Assembly: GCA_044336815.1 (NCBI GenBank)
Contig: JBIIOU010000002.1
Location: 1-49,099, forward strand
Direction: 5' to 3'
Source: Candidatus Nanopelagicales bacterium
GTDB taxonomy: Bacteria > Actinomycetota > Actinomycetes > S36-B12
Length of the DNA: 49,099 bases
Part shown: piece by piece, positions 16,874-26,094 of the stretch
Layout: each line of letters begins with the position of its first letter
Position numbering within the stretch: position 1 is the first letter of the stretch
Notes under the pieces: model-generated
The model's database searches: none
What the model was told of the DNA's origin: nothing
The model's input: the letters and a program-made list of their open reading frames with translations, nothing else
Translations under genes and position numbers: made by a program

Positions 16874-18617
16874 GGGACCAGACCTCAGGGGAATATTACG
16901 TGAGATTGAATCCAACTACGGCCGTGACTTCAAGGTCATCCAGGCCGAACAGGTTCGTTCGGGCGGCATTGGCGGCTTCTTCGCCAAGCAGCACTATGAG
17001 GTCACCATCGAGATTGTTGACCCTCGGCTTGCAGCCGGTATTGCCGCGCAACCTGTTACCGCAGGTATGTCCCTGAGCGAGATCTCCACCCGAAGTCAAA
17101 ACGATCAGGCGGCGGCGTCAGCACAGGAGTGGGCTCGGGATCTACTCGAGCAGGCAAGGGCCCTAAATTCCGAGAATTTCGGAGATATCTCGGGCGCGGG
17201 TGCAGATCCCGTCGGCCTTGATGAACTCACCGACCCTAACGCCAGCGGTTTGGGCACCGGAAACGAGTCGCCCATCAAGAAACAGGGTTTCCGGTTGCGG
17301 CTGCGTAATAAGCGCGCCGCAAAAAAACGTGCGAAGCGCCCAAGCCGGACTGCACCGGCGAGCCCGGAACAGCAGTCGAGGCTGCGTGACCTACTTACTC
17401 AATCACCACTAATCGAAGAGACCCCTGTCAGCGATCAACTGTCCCCGGCTGATCGACTAGTTGCAGCTATGGATTTCGAAGAACCAGCGCTTCCCATAAC
17501 CGTTCCGGTGATCGTGCAGGAGGAACTACCCCCGCCCGTGCCGGTCGTTGAAGTCATTTCAACTCCTGAATTACCCGAGCCAGCCGTGGTAGCCAGCGGT
17601 AACGACGAGGAGCATTGGCGAACCCAGATCAGCGATGAAATCAGGGCACAGCGCAACAAGGTAGAGCGGTTTTACAGCAAGCGCGGCACGTTAGGCCCCG
17701 ATGAGGCCAGGTTGCTCCAGGTCTTTACCGTCGCCGAGACTATTGCCCGTAGTGCACCACCGGTCCGCATGAAAACCGCCAGTGTGCCCAGCGAGCGTCC
17801 GCGAAGCAACCGCGTTGTGCCGGCGCCGGATGTAGAACCAATACAAGAACCGGTAGAAGTAGTACAACCACCTAAAGCAGTGGAGCCAAAAGTTAGAGCA
17901 ACCGCCAAGCCAGCAGCATTCGCCATAAAGTTTCAGGCGCCGGAGCTAGCTGATCAGGAGACTGCGGCACGTCAAGGTGATCTCAGCCAATTTGACCCGA
18001 TCCAAATTGTTCTGAGACCAGCTACTAAAAAACTACCGCTATCTCGAATACCTGTTGGCGTACCACTTGATGTGGACGATGTACTAGTACTGGTTGGGGA
18101 TGCTCAAGAGGCCTACGAGCAAGCCTGCGCCATCAACGAGCTATGCGGCCGTGCAGAAATTTCGATCTTAGCCATCGCACCCGCAGGTGTGTCGGTTGTC
18201 GGATTGGCTCCGGCGCAACACTTCCAGTACTCAGGGGCCGACCAAGTCCTTGATCTGGTAAACCGGCAGCAGATGCCCACCATCGTCATCGTGCATTCGC
18301 CCTTCCCAATGGGCACCAATGATCTCGATCGGGTCCGCATCGTCAAGGCCGTCGAGGCGCTGAAGGCTGATCATGTCTGGGCAGTGGTAGATGCATGTCG
18401 CACTGTCGCTTCGCTAAGCCGTTGGACCCAATGCTTTGGAAACATCTCAGCTGTGATGGTCGTTAACCAACTGGAGTCAACAAATCCGGGCGCCCTTAAG
18501 GCTCTAGGCATCCCGATCGTATTTCGAGATGGCTTGCCGTGCGAGGACGCTGCTGTTAGGGATCAGGGCCCGGAGACCTTTCCCTCAGCTGAGCAGATTG
18601 GTAACCTAGCGCTCTGA
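16851..18617 (+). CDS. FlhF-like protein with degenerate SRP-GTPase motifs (hypothetical flagellar protein)
   Basis: Overlaps the flhA stop, with a start at GTG 16851 or ATG 16863. The N-terminus …LRGILREIESNYGRDFKVIQAEQVRSGGIGGFFAKQHYEVTIEIV resembles the FlhF N-terminus. The C-terminal ~170 aa follows the FlhF NG-domain order, but G1, G3 and G4 are all substituted (see finding). The middle is Pro-rich and basic low-complexity sequence. Confidence 0.55.
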   Translation: MSLRMLLEGPDLRGILREIESNYGRDFKVIQAEQVRSGGIGGFFAKQHYEVTIEIVDPRLAAGIAAQPVTAGMSLSEISTRSQNDQAAASAQEWARDLLEQARALNSENFGDISGAGADPVGLDELTDPNASGLGTGNESPIKKQGFRLRLRNKRAAKKRAKRPSRTAPASPEQQSRLRDLLTQSPLIEETPVSDQLSPADRLVAAMDFEEPALPITVPVIVQEELPPPVPVVEVISTPELPEPAVVASGNDEEHWRTQISDEIRAQRNKVERFYSKRGTLGPDEARLLQVFTVAETIARSAPPVRMKTASVPSERPRSNRVVPAPDVEPIQEPVEVVQPPKAVEPKVRATAKPAAFAIKFQAPELADQETAARQGDLSQFDPIQIVLRPATKKLPLSRIPVGVPLDVDDVLVLVGDAQEAYEQACAINELCGRAEISILAIAPAGVSVVGLAPAQHFQYSGADQVLDLVNRQQMPTIVIVHSPFPMGTNDLDRVRIVKAVEALKADHVWAVVDACRTVASLSRWTQCFGNISAVMVVNQLESTNPGALKALGIPIVFRDGLPCEDAAVRDQGPETFPSAEQIGNLAL

Positions 18618-18928
18618 TGATTGCTCTACTGCCCCTTTCGATGGTGATCTCGTTGATCTTCAACGCGGGTGCTTTCATTAATGCGTTTCAGGATCCAGAT
18701 GTAGACCTCTTCGCGGTATTGGTCCAGTTCCTATTGATAACACTGATGATCACTGTAATTTTGAACATCGGAAATCGCATCCTCGCCCACTATCTGGCCC
18801 ATCCCAAGATTGATCTAGTCCCAAGCGAATTGGCGGCGCACCGGGCTAAAAACATGGCCGAAGGTGAATCCTCCGAGGACTCCGGATCCCTGCCCGCTGG
18901 GCTCAAGGCGATCGAACCTAGTTCCTAG
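18617..18928 (+). CDS. Small two-TM membrane protein, last gene of the flagellar operon (hypothetical)
   Basis: The ATG overlaps the preceding TGA by one nt (TGATG). There are two hydrophobic helices (LLPLSMVISLIFNAGAFINAF; LFAVLVQFLLITLMITVILNIG) and an acidic tail. I recognise no family. Confidence 0.5.
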   Translation: MIALLPLSMVISLIFNAGAFINAFQDPDVDLFAVLVQFLLITLMITVILNIGNRILAHYLAHPKIDLVPSELAAHRAKNMAEGESSEDSGSLPAGLKAIEPSS

Positions 18929-19013
18929 TTCCTGGGTTCCCGATTCGCAGGAGATGGCCCGATAGACTGGGGGCCTTCCAAGCCTAAAACTTGGGACCTC
19001 GACTAGCAATGGA

Positions 19014-19274
19014 GTGCCCGTGGCCCGCGTCGTCGTCGACGTCATGCTTAAACCTGAAATTCTGGATCCCCAAGGCCGAGCGGTAGCCGGCTCATTGCGC
19101 CGGCTAGGGCTGACCGGTGTCACTGACGTACGACAGGGCAAACAGTTCATCATCGATCTGGACGGTGTGGTCGAGGGTGCGCGCCTCGAGCTTATTGAAA
19201 CCCTGGCGGCGGAGTTACTGAGTAACCCGGTTATCGAAGACTACAAACTTCAGGTAATCGAGGACCCCGCATGA
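19014..19274 (+). CDS. purS: Phosphoribosylformylglycinamidine synthase subunit PurS
   Basis: About 85 aa. [46 protein letters not shown] is the PurS fold signature. GTG start, with purQ overlapping the stop. Confidence 0.9.
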   Translation: MPVARVVVDVMLKPEILDPQGRAVAGSLRRLGLTGVTDVRQGKQFIIDLDGVVEGARLELIETLAAELLSNPVIEDYKLQVIEDPA

Positions 19275-19948
19275 GTTTACGGGTTGGTGTTGTTACCTTC
19301 CCCGGTTCACTCGATGATCGTGATGCAGCGCGAGCTGTCCGCATTGCAGGTGGTGAGGCAGTTTCCTTATGGCATGGCGATGCTGATCTAAAGAAGGTCG
19401 ACGCGGTTGTGCTTCCAGGTGGATTCTCCTATGGCGATTACTTGCGCTGTGGAGCTATCGCACGCTTTGCACCGGTGATGAATTCAGTCGTTGAACGAGC
19501 AAATGCGGGCATGCCCGTTTTGGGCATCTGTAATGGCTTCCAAATTCTGTGTGAGTCACATCTACTCCCGGGGGCGCTAACGCGCAATGACTCTTTGCAC
19601 TTTATGTGCCGAGACCAGCGCCTTCGCATCGAAAACTCAAGTTCATCTTGGACTTCCGACTTTATGGCGGGTCAAGAAATAGTGATCCCGCTGAAGAACG
19701 GCGAAGGTGGTTACGTTGCCGACGAGCGAACCCTTGATGCACTTGAAGCTGAAGGCCGCGTGGTTGCACGTTATCTTGACATGAATCCAAACGGTAGCCG
19801 ACGTGATATTGCTGGCATTTGTAATGAACGTGGCAACGTCGTGGGCTTGATGCCGCACCCAGAGCACGCGGTTGAGTCACTCACCGGCCCTACCACCGAC
19901 GGCATCCCATTTTTCACCAGCGTCTTGAAATCACTGGTTAATGCATGA
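19271..19948 (+). CDS. purQ: Phosphoribosylformylglycinamidine synthase glutaminase subunit PurQ
   Basis: Class I glutamine amidotransferase with GICNGFQIL (catalytic Cys) and MPHPEHAVE. Confidence 0.95.
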   Translation: MSLRVGVVTFPGSLDDRDAARAVRIAGGEAVSLWHGDADLKKVDAVVLPGGFSYGDYLRCGAIARFAPVMNSVVERANAGMPVLGICNGFQILCESHLLPGALTRNDSLHFMCRDQRLRIENSSSSWTSDFMAGQEIVIPLKNGEGGYVADERTLDALEAEGRVVARYLDMNPNGSRRDIAGICNERGNVVGLMPHPEHAVESLTGPTTDGIPFFTSVLKSLVNA

Positions 19949-22197
19949 GCATTGACACCGTAGCCACGGCCGAGATTTCACCTGAGCATTCGCAACCTTT
20001 TGCTGAGTTAGGTTTGAAACACGATGAATATCAGCAGATTCGCGACATCCTGGGGCGCCGGCCTACCTCATCTGAACTTGCCATGTACTCGGTCATGTGG
20101 AGTGAGCACTGCTCCTACAAATCATCGAAAGTTCATCTTCGCCAGTTCGGTGAGAAAGCACCCAAGACAGACGTGCTCTTGGTAGGTATTGGTGAAAACG
20201 CCGGTGTTGTAGATATCGGTGATGGTTGGGCTGTCACTTTCAAAGTCGAGAGCCACAACCACCCGTCCTATGTCGAGCCCTACCAAGGTGCCGCAACCGG
20301 CATCGGTGGGATTGTCCGCGACATCATGTCGATGGGTGCGCGCCCGCTCGCGGTCATGGACCCACTACGTTTTGGTCCGGCCGATGCCCCAGACACCAAG
20401 CGGGTGCTACCGGGCATCGTGGCCGGCATCGGCGGTTACGGTAATTGTTTAGGCCTACCAAATATTGGGGGCGAGATCGTCTTTGATGCCTCGTACAGCG
20501 GTAACCCATTAGTAAACGCCTTATGTGTTGGGGCAATGAAACATGAAGATATCCATCTTGCCAGTGCAAAAGGTGTCGGCAACTTAGTCGTTCTATACGG
20601 GGCCCGCACCGGTGGTGATGGCATCGGCGGTGTTTCGGTTCTCGCCTCAGAAACTTTTAGTGATGGTGGGCCCACGAAGCGACCGAGTGTGCAAGTTGGA
20701 GATCCCTTCATGGAGAAGTTGCTAATTGAGGCAACCCTTGAGGTGCTACAAGCTGGGCTTGTTGAAGGTATCCAAGACCTAGGTGGTGCCGGTATCTCAT
20801 GTGCCACGAGCGAACTCGCTTCAAATGGTGAAGGTGGCATGCATGTTTGGCTTGATCGTGTGCTTTTGCGCGATGAGACTTTGTCACCCGAAGAGATTTT
20901 GATGAGTGAGTCGCAGGAGCGAATGTGTGCAATAGTGCGCCCTGATCGCCTTGTTGAATTTATGGAACGTTGCGCGAAGTGGGAAGTCGAAGCAGTAGTT
21001 ATTGGTGAGGTAAATGCAACCGGCCGACTAACCGTGGATTGGCACGGTGAGCGCATTGTCGACGTGCCGCCGCGTACCGTCGCCCATGAAGGCCCGGTTT
21101 ATGAACGGCCATACCACCGCCCACCTTGGATGGATGCACTGCAAGCCGACACCACAGATCACCTCGAGCGCCCATCAAGTGCAGAGGAGCTGAAAGCGAC
21201 CCTCCTCGCAATGGTTGCTGCGCCAAACTTGGCATCTAAGTCTTGGGTTACCTCGCAATATGACCGCTATGTGTTAGGTAACACGGTACTAGCGCAGCCC
21301 GAGGATGCGGGCATGATCCGCATCGACGAAGTTACCGGCCTCGGGGTAGCACTTGCAACTGATTGCAATGGTCGTTTCACGAAACTAGATCCATACGCGG
21401 GGGCTCAGCTTGCTTTGTCGGAGGCTTACCGCAATGTGGCAGCCTCGGGTGCGAAGCCCCTTGCGGTGACAAACTGTTTGAACTTTGGCTCACCCGAGGA
21501 TCCAGAAGTAATGTGGCAATTTGCTGAGGCGACCCGGGGGCTCGCAGATGGCTGCTTGCAACTGGGCACTCCGGTCACCGGTGGCAATGTCTCGTTCTAT
21601 AACCAAACCGGTGATAGGCCGATCTTGCCGACCCCGGTTGTCGGCGTGCTGGGTGTCATCCGCGACGTCGCAATGCGCACTTCAATCACGTGGGGTGCTG
21701 CCGGCGATTACATCTACCTACTCGGTGACACCAAAGATGAGTTCGGTGGCAGTGAGTGGGCAAATCATGTACACGGCCACCTTGGTGGGTTACCGCCGAA
21801 AGTTGATCTTGACCGGGAGCGGGCCTTGGGCGAAGTTTTGGTTTCTGGCTCGATGGATTCAATATTGGTCGCCGCTCATGATGTTTCTGACGGTGGGGCC
21901 GCGCAGGTCTTAGTTGAAATGGCACTGCGCGCCGGCACCGGTGCCACGATCGCCGTTCCTCCCGCATTGGATCCATTTGTCTTCATGTTTTCCGAGTCGG
22001 CGGGGCGGGCGGTAGTCGTGGTAAACCCAATTGACGCCGGCCGACTGACCGCGTTATGTGAGAAAACAGGGGTCCCGCTCACTGCGATCGGCGCCGTCTC
22101 GGATGACGACAACTTGGTTTTCGCTGACCTGTTCACGGTCTCACTTGGCGATCTAAGGCGCGAGCATGAACGCACCCTGCCCGAACTTTTCGGCTAA
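19945..22197 (+). CDS. purL: Phosphoribosylformylglycinamidine synthase subunit PurL (small type)
   Basis: 750 aa with [37 protein letters not shown] and duplicated AIR-synthase-like domains. Confidence 0.97.
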   Translation: MSIDTVATAEISPEHSQPFAELGLKHDEYQQIRDILGRRPTSSELAMYSVMWSEHCSYKSSKVHLRQFGEKAPKTDVLLVGIGENAGVVDIGDGWAVTFKVESHNHPSYVEPYQGAATGIGGIVRDIMSMGARPLAVMDPLRFGPADAPDTKRVLPGIVAGIGGYGNCLGLPNIGGEIVFDASYSGNPLVNALCVGAMKHEDIHLASAKGVGNLVVLYGARTGGDGIGGVSVLASETFSDGGPTKRPSVQVGDPFMEKLLIEATLEVLQAGLVEGIQDLGGAGISCATSELASNGEGGMHVWLDRVLLRDETLSPEEILMSESQERMCAIVRPDRLVEFMERCAKWEVEAVVIGEVNATGRLTVDWHGERIVDVPPRTVAHEGPVYERPYHRPPWMDALQADTTDHLERPSSAEELKATLLAMVAAPNLASKSWVTSQYDRYVLGNTVLAQPEDAGMIRIDEVTGLGVALATDCNGRFTKLDPYAGAQLALSEAYRNVAASGAKPLAVTNCLNFGSPEDPEVMWQFAEATRGLADGCLQLGTPVTGGNVSFYNQTGDRPILPTPVVGVLGVIRDVAMRTSITWGAAGDYIYLLGDTKDEFGGSEWANHVHGHLGGLPPKVDLDRERALGEVLVSGSMDSILVAAHDVSDGGAAQVLVEMALRAGTGATIAVPPALDPFVFMFSESAGRAVVVVNPIDAGRLTALCEKTGVPLTAIGAVSDDDNLVFADLFTVSLGDLRREHERTLPELFG

Positions 22198-22201
22198 CTA
22201 G

Positions 22202-22549
22202 ATGGTGGCTCCTCCGAGTTCAATCGCCGAAGTGCTGGCCATGTTTGCGCGCGGGGAGGAGCCGGTGGCAGCGGCGGTCAAGGCCGCGGTTAAAGACTCA
22301 CTAGCCGCTTTGATCCAAGCTGCGCCCGGGCGCAGTGTTGAGGTGCGAATTCCGCCATACGCGGCGGTGCAAGCGATACCTGGTCGCACGCACCGACGCG
22401 GTACCCCTTCTGCCGTTGTTGAGACTGATGCACGAACCTGGCTGGAATTATGTGTTGGTAAGTCCAATTGGGCGGAGGCCAGCAAATTAGTTCGGGCCAG
22501 TGGCGAGCGGTCGGATTTGTCACCGTGGCTGCCCCTATTCGATAAATAA
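22202..22549 (+). CDS. Sterol carrier family protein (conserved actinobacterial protein between purL and purF)
   Basis: 115 aa. …GRSVEVRIPPYAAVQAIPGRTHRRGTPSAVVETDARTWLELCVGKSNWAEA…SGERSDLSPWLPLF matches my recollection of the actinobacterial 'sterol carrier family protein' at this syntenic position (the mycobacterial Rv0807 position). The long antisense ORF 22198-22731 was rejected. Confidence 0.7.
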   Translation: MVAPPSSIAEVLAMFARGEEPVAAAVKAAVKDSLAALIQAAPGRSVEVRIPPYAAVQAIPGRTHRRGTPSAVVETDARTWLELCVGKSNWAEASKLVRASGERSDLSPWLPLFDK

Positions 22550-22615
22550 TTCTGACCCTCGAATAGCTGCGCGCCTACGGTCGGAGGAGGCCTGAAAATC
22601 GCGTAGGCTGGCTTC

Positions 22616-24172
22616 GTGGCCCGCGGTGATGGACTCCTTTCACATGATCTCCTCCCGGGTGAAAAGGGACCCCAAGACGCCTGTGGTGTTTTCGGCGTTT
22701 GGGCACCCGGTGATGAAGTTGCCAAACTCACCTACTTCGGACTTTATGCCTTACAGCACCGGGGCCAAGAGTCAGCAGGCATGGCGGTTAGTGATGGCAG
22801 CCAGATTCTCGTATACAAAGACATGGGCCTGGTGTCCCAAGTTTTCACCGAGGCGAATCTTGAGTCAATGCGCGGGCACGTAGCCATTGGCCACACACGT
22901 TATTCAACGACCGGCGCCAGTATTTGGGAGAACGCGCAACCAACATTTCGTGCTACCGCAACCGGGCACCTAGCCCTTGGCCACAACGGAAACATCACCA
23001 ATATTGCCGCGCTTCGTCGTCGGTTATTGGCACGATCCCGTGAATCAGGTGAGTTACCACTTGATAATCCGATCGCGACATCGAGCGACACTGACGTATT
23101 AACCGCCTTGCTTGCATCACATCCGGATTTAAGTGTGATGGCGGCGGCAATGGAAGAACTGCCGCACGTTAAAGGCGCATTCTCGCTGGTGTTCATGGAT
23201 GACGATGCTTTATACGGCGCACGTGACCCGCAAGGGATCCGTCCACTTTCTCTCGGCCGGCTAGAACGCGGTTGGGTATTGGCGAGTGAGACCGCAGCCC
23301 TAGACATCATCGGAGCCTCGTTCGTCCGCGAGATTGAACCAGGCGAGATTATTGTTATAGACGACCAAGGGGTGCGCTCGGAGCGATTTGCCGAAGCCGA
23401 CCCCAAGGGATGCTTATTCGAATACGTTTATCTTGCCCGCCCGGATACCACCATTGCGGGCCGAAGCATTCAGGCAACGCGAGTTGAAACCGGGCGCATT
23501 CTCGCCCGCGAGCATCCAATTGAAGCCGATCTGGTTATCCCGGTACCAGAGTCTGGGCGTTATGCCGCAATTGGTTACGCCCAAGAGTCAGGCATACCGT
23601 TTTCTGAGGGACTAGTTAAAAACGCCTATGTGGGGCGCACGTTTATTCAGCCCTCACAATCCATTCGTCAACTAGGTATTCGACTTAAACTGAATCCGCT
23701 GCGCGAGGTTATTGGCGGGCAGCGACTCATCGTGGTTGATGATTCAATTGTGCGGGGTAATACCCAACGGGCTTTGGTTCGCATGTTGCGCGAAGCAGGT
23801 GCGCGAGAAGTCCATGTGCGTATTTCTAGCCCACCGGTCGAGTGGCCCTGCTTCTACGGGATTGATTTTGCTAGCAGATCAGAGTTGGTGGCGAACGGGT
23901 TAACGGTTGAGCAGATCTGCCGGTCGATTGGCGCTGATTCACTTGGCTACGTATCCCTTGACGCCTTAATTGAGGCTACGACTATCCCCAAGGAGAAACT
24001 GTGTCGAGCCTGTTTCGATGGGATCTATCCGGTTGAGTTACCCGAAGCACAGTTCTTAGGTAAGCAGCTATTTGAAGGTATTGAGCGACGCGCACTTGAT
24101 GGCACTTTTGATATTGAGGGCGTCAACACCATGGTCGGCGGCGGCGCCGGCGATGCGCTGGAAAGGCCATGA
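22616..24172 (+). CDS. purF: Amidophosphoribosyltransferase PurF
   Basis: A propeptide precedes the catalytic CGVFGVW. It has an Ntn glutaminase domain and a PRTase motif (LIVVDDSIVRGNT), plus C-terminal Cys ligands (CFYGIDF…CRACFDG). Confidence 0.97.
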   Translation: MARGDGLLSHDLLPGEKGPQDACGVFGVWAPGDEVAKLTYFGLYALQHRGQESAGMAVSDGSQILVYKDMGLVSQVFTEANLESMRGHVAIGHTRYSTTGASIWENAQPTFRATATGHLALGHNGNITNIAALRRRLLARSRESGELPLDNPIATSSDTDVLTALLASHPDLSVMAAAMEELPHVKGAFSLVFMDDDALYGARDPQGIRPLSLGRLERGWVLASETAALDIIGASFVREIEPGEIIVIDDQGVRSERFAEADPKGCLFEYVYLARPDTTIAGRSIQATRVETGRILAREHPIEADLVIPVPESGRYAAIGYAQESGIPFSEGLVKNAYVGRTFIQPSQSIRQLGIRLKLNPLREVIGGQRLIVVDDSIVRGNTQRALVRMLREAGAREVHVRISSPPVEWPCFYGIDFASRSELVANGLTVEQICRSIGADSLGYVSLDALIEATTIPKEKLCRACFDGIYPVELPEAQFLGKQLFEGIERRALDGTFDIEGVNTMVGGGAGDALERP

Positions 24173-25254
24173 CGGGCGCCTCATACGCGGCTGCTGGAGT
24201 TGATGTTGAAGCCGGGGAGCGCGCTGTTGCTTTAATGCGGGCTTCGGTAAAGGCGGCTCAGCGGCCGGAGACGGTCGGAGACTTCGGGGGATTCGCCGGG
24301 CTCTTTGATGCATCAGCGCTAACCAAATATCGCAAGCCACTACTTGCTACATCTACCGACGGAGTGGGTACCAAAGTTGCGGTTGCCCGCGCGATGGATT
24401 TGCACGACACCATCGGGATTGATCTGGTAGCCATGGTTGTCGATGATCTAGTTGTTGTTGGCGCCGAACCCCTTTTTCTAACGGATTACATTGCGACAGG
24501 CGCGGTGGTGCCAGAACGCATTGCGGCGATTGTGGCCGGTATTGCAACAGGGTGTCAGTTAGCCGGGTGCGCTTTACTTGGCGGCGAGACCGCGGAGCAC
24601 CCGGGCTTAATGGCCCCTGATGAGTATGACGTTGCCGGTGCAGCAACCGGAGTAGTAGAAGCCGATGCATTACTTGGCCCTGACAGAGTGGCGGCGGGTG
24701 ATGTAGTGGTGGCCATGGGGGCATCCGGCCTGCACTCAAATGGATATTCACTCGCGCGATATGTGCTCTTAGGTGACAAAGGTCCTGGCTTGCACACCTA
24801 CCTGCCGGAGATTGATCGCACGGTGGGCGAGGAGTTACTTGAGCCGACTCGCATCTATGCGAAAGATTGCCTGGCGCTCATTGAAGCGGTGACCGTGCAC
24901 GGTTTCAGCCACATCACCGGTGGCGGGCTAGCCGCCAATATTGCTCGGGTGCTGCCCGCACACCTGGCCGCAGAGATCGATCGAAGCACTTGGTCGCCGC
25001 TGCCAGTCTTCAACTTGATTCGCCAATTAGGTGCAGTTGATCAACTTGAACTTGAGCGCACATTGAATATGGGGATCGGCATGGTCGCGATTCTGCCTGC
25101 TGGAGAAGCGCAAAACGCAATTGATTTGCTAGCGGCCCGAGGGGTTAGCGCATGGGTTTGTGGCGTGGTGCGCGCTCGCGGGGATGGCGAGGTGGGCGAC
25201 TCTGCTGGCAAAGGCGGCGGCGGCGGCGCGGTAATGCTGGTCGGCCAGCACTAA
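24169..25254 (+). CDS. purM: Phosphoribosylformylglycinamidine cyclo-ligase PurM (AIR synthetase)
   Basis: YAAAGVDVEAGERAV…GGFAGLF…LLATSTDGVGTKV…DLVAMVVDDLVVVGAEPLFLTDY are PurM signatures. The start is ATGA-coupled to purF. Confidence 0.97.
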   Translation: MTGASYAAAGVDVEAGERAVALMRASVKAAQRPETVGDFGGFAGLFDASALTKYRKPLLATSTDGVGTKVAVARAMDLHDTIGIDLVAMVVDDLVVVGAEPLFLTDYIATGAVVPERIAAIVAGIATGCQLAGCALLGGETAEHPGLMAPDEYDVAGAATGVVEADALLGPDRVAAGDVVVAMGASGLHSNGYSLARYVLLGDKGPGLHTYLPEIDRTVGEELLEPTRIYAKDCLALIEAVTVHGFSHITGGGLAANIARVLPAHLAAEIDRSTWSPLPVFNLIRQLGAVDQLELERTLNMGIGMVAILPAGEAQNAIDLLAARGVSAWVCGVVRARGDGEVGDSAGKGGGGGAVMLVGQH

Positions 25255-25264
25255 CGTCCGAGAG

Positions 25265-25477
25265 CTAGTCGGCTGGTTCGTCGTAATATTTAGCGTAGGG
25301 GTCGTCCTCAATCGGATCACCCAACGCATCGACAGCTTCCGATGGTGGTTGCTCGACGTGATTGCCTGCACTGCCGGCCAACTCTGCTTGCAGCCGATCA
25401 AAATCGGTCTGTGGCCCGCCGTACTTCAATTCACGGGCAACCTTGGTTTGCTTGGCTTTTGCCCGGCCGCGCCCCAT
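25265..25477 (-). CDS. DUF3073 family protein (conserved small actinobacterial protein)
   Basis: MGRGRAKAKQTKVARELKY… followed by an acidic tail. It is convergent with purM, as in mycobacteria (the Rv0810c position). Confidence 0.85.
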   Translation of the reverse strand: MGRGRAKAKQTKVARELKYGGPQTDFDRLQAELAGSAGNHVEQPPSEAVDALGDPIEDDPYAKYYDEPAD

Positions 25478-25682
25478 GGCTCGACCCCCTCATCCGGGGC
25501 AAGTGCCCCAGTCGTGTGGACGGAAATTGCTGCTGCGACCGGGATTACCGACCCGCTTAGCGTGCCCTAAGACTACCTGCTGCCCGGCTGCCGCGAGCAC
25601 ACCGGTGGTGCACTTTTTCCTCGGCTTACGCCAGAGCATTGCCCAAACCTGCTCATGGCGTGGCGTTCCCGCTCTTTAATCG

Positions 25683-25722
25683 GGGCAATTCACCAGAAAT
25701 ATGGTCGAATTGCCCGTTTTTG
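25683..25722 (+). terminator. Perfect 9-bp inverted repeat followed by a T-run in the leader upstream of bldC (terminator-like element or operator)
   Basis: GGGCAATTC-N15-GAATTGCCC (25683-25691 and 25707-25715) is followed by GTTTTTG. It lies about 90 nt upstream of the bldC start, and no CDS lies upstream on this strand. Confidence 0.45.
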
Positions 25723-25807
25723 CTTGCTGCCCGGGTGCGTGGGTGGAACAGTAGGGACGTTCGGTCTCGAAAGGTAAGCCGAGTTGAGCGCTATGCGGGA
25801 GGTGCAA

Positions 25808-26014
25808 GTGTCTGGACGTAGCCCGGAGATGGAGCAATTGCTCACGCCAGCTGAAGTTGCGGCGCTTTTTAGAGTCGATCCCAAGACGGTCACGCGCTGG
25901 GCTAAAGCTGGCAAGTTGACTTGCATAAGAACCCTTGGTGGCCATCGCCGGTATCGGGCCGGCGAGGTGCAGGCGCTCCTTGAAATACAAGGACCCACGC
26001 GCCCGGTCCAGTAA
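25808..26014 (+). CDS. bldC: BldC-like MerR/excisionase-family DNA-binding developmental regulator
   Basis: …LLTPAEVAALFRVDPKTVTRWAKAGKLTCIRTLGGHRRYRAGEVQALL is near-identical in pattern to Streptomyces BldC. GTG 25808 is preceded by GGGAGG and gives a BldC-like length. The ORF-track start is 25784. Confidence 0.85.
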   Translation: MSGRSPEMEQLLTPAEVAALFRVDPKTVTRWAKAGKLTCIRTLGGHRRYRAGEVQALLEIQGPTRPVQ

Positions 26015-26094
26015 CTGTCAACAAATCTATGGCAATGACGTTTATGGCCACCATCAGTAGGGTGGTGGTACCAAGTGCGGTAGAGCTCCGCCTG

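Noticed and set aside
18929-19013. Possible purine or ZTP riboswitch upstream of purS
   Set aside because: The 85-nt spacer lacks the conserved ZTP (GGGUCGUGACUGGCG…CCGCCUGGGC) or purine-riboswitch core sequences when read by eye.
20436-21056. 206-aa ORF antisense to purL, and similar antisense ORFs in fliI, fliK, motB, flhB and narG
   Set aside because: Each lies entirely within a strongly supported conserved gene on the other strand, and none has a recognisable motif.
22198-22731. 177-aa minus-strand ORF spanning the purL-purF intergenic region
   Set aside because: It overlaps the plus-strand SCP-like gene, which has recognisable conserved motifs and the correct synteny, and also the purF 5' end. 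Its composition (Pro/Ser/Arg/Ala-rich) is typical of antisense frames in high-GC DNA.
25478-25560. C-rich stretches upstream of DUF3073 as a possible 6C RNA
   Set aside because: I could not fold two hairpins with the characteristic C-rich loops of six or more Cs. The resemblance is limited to short CCCC runs, so a covariance-model scan is needed before any claim.
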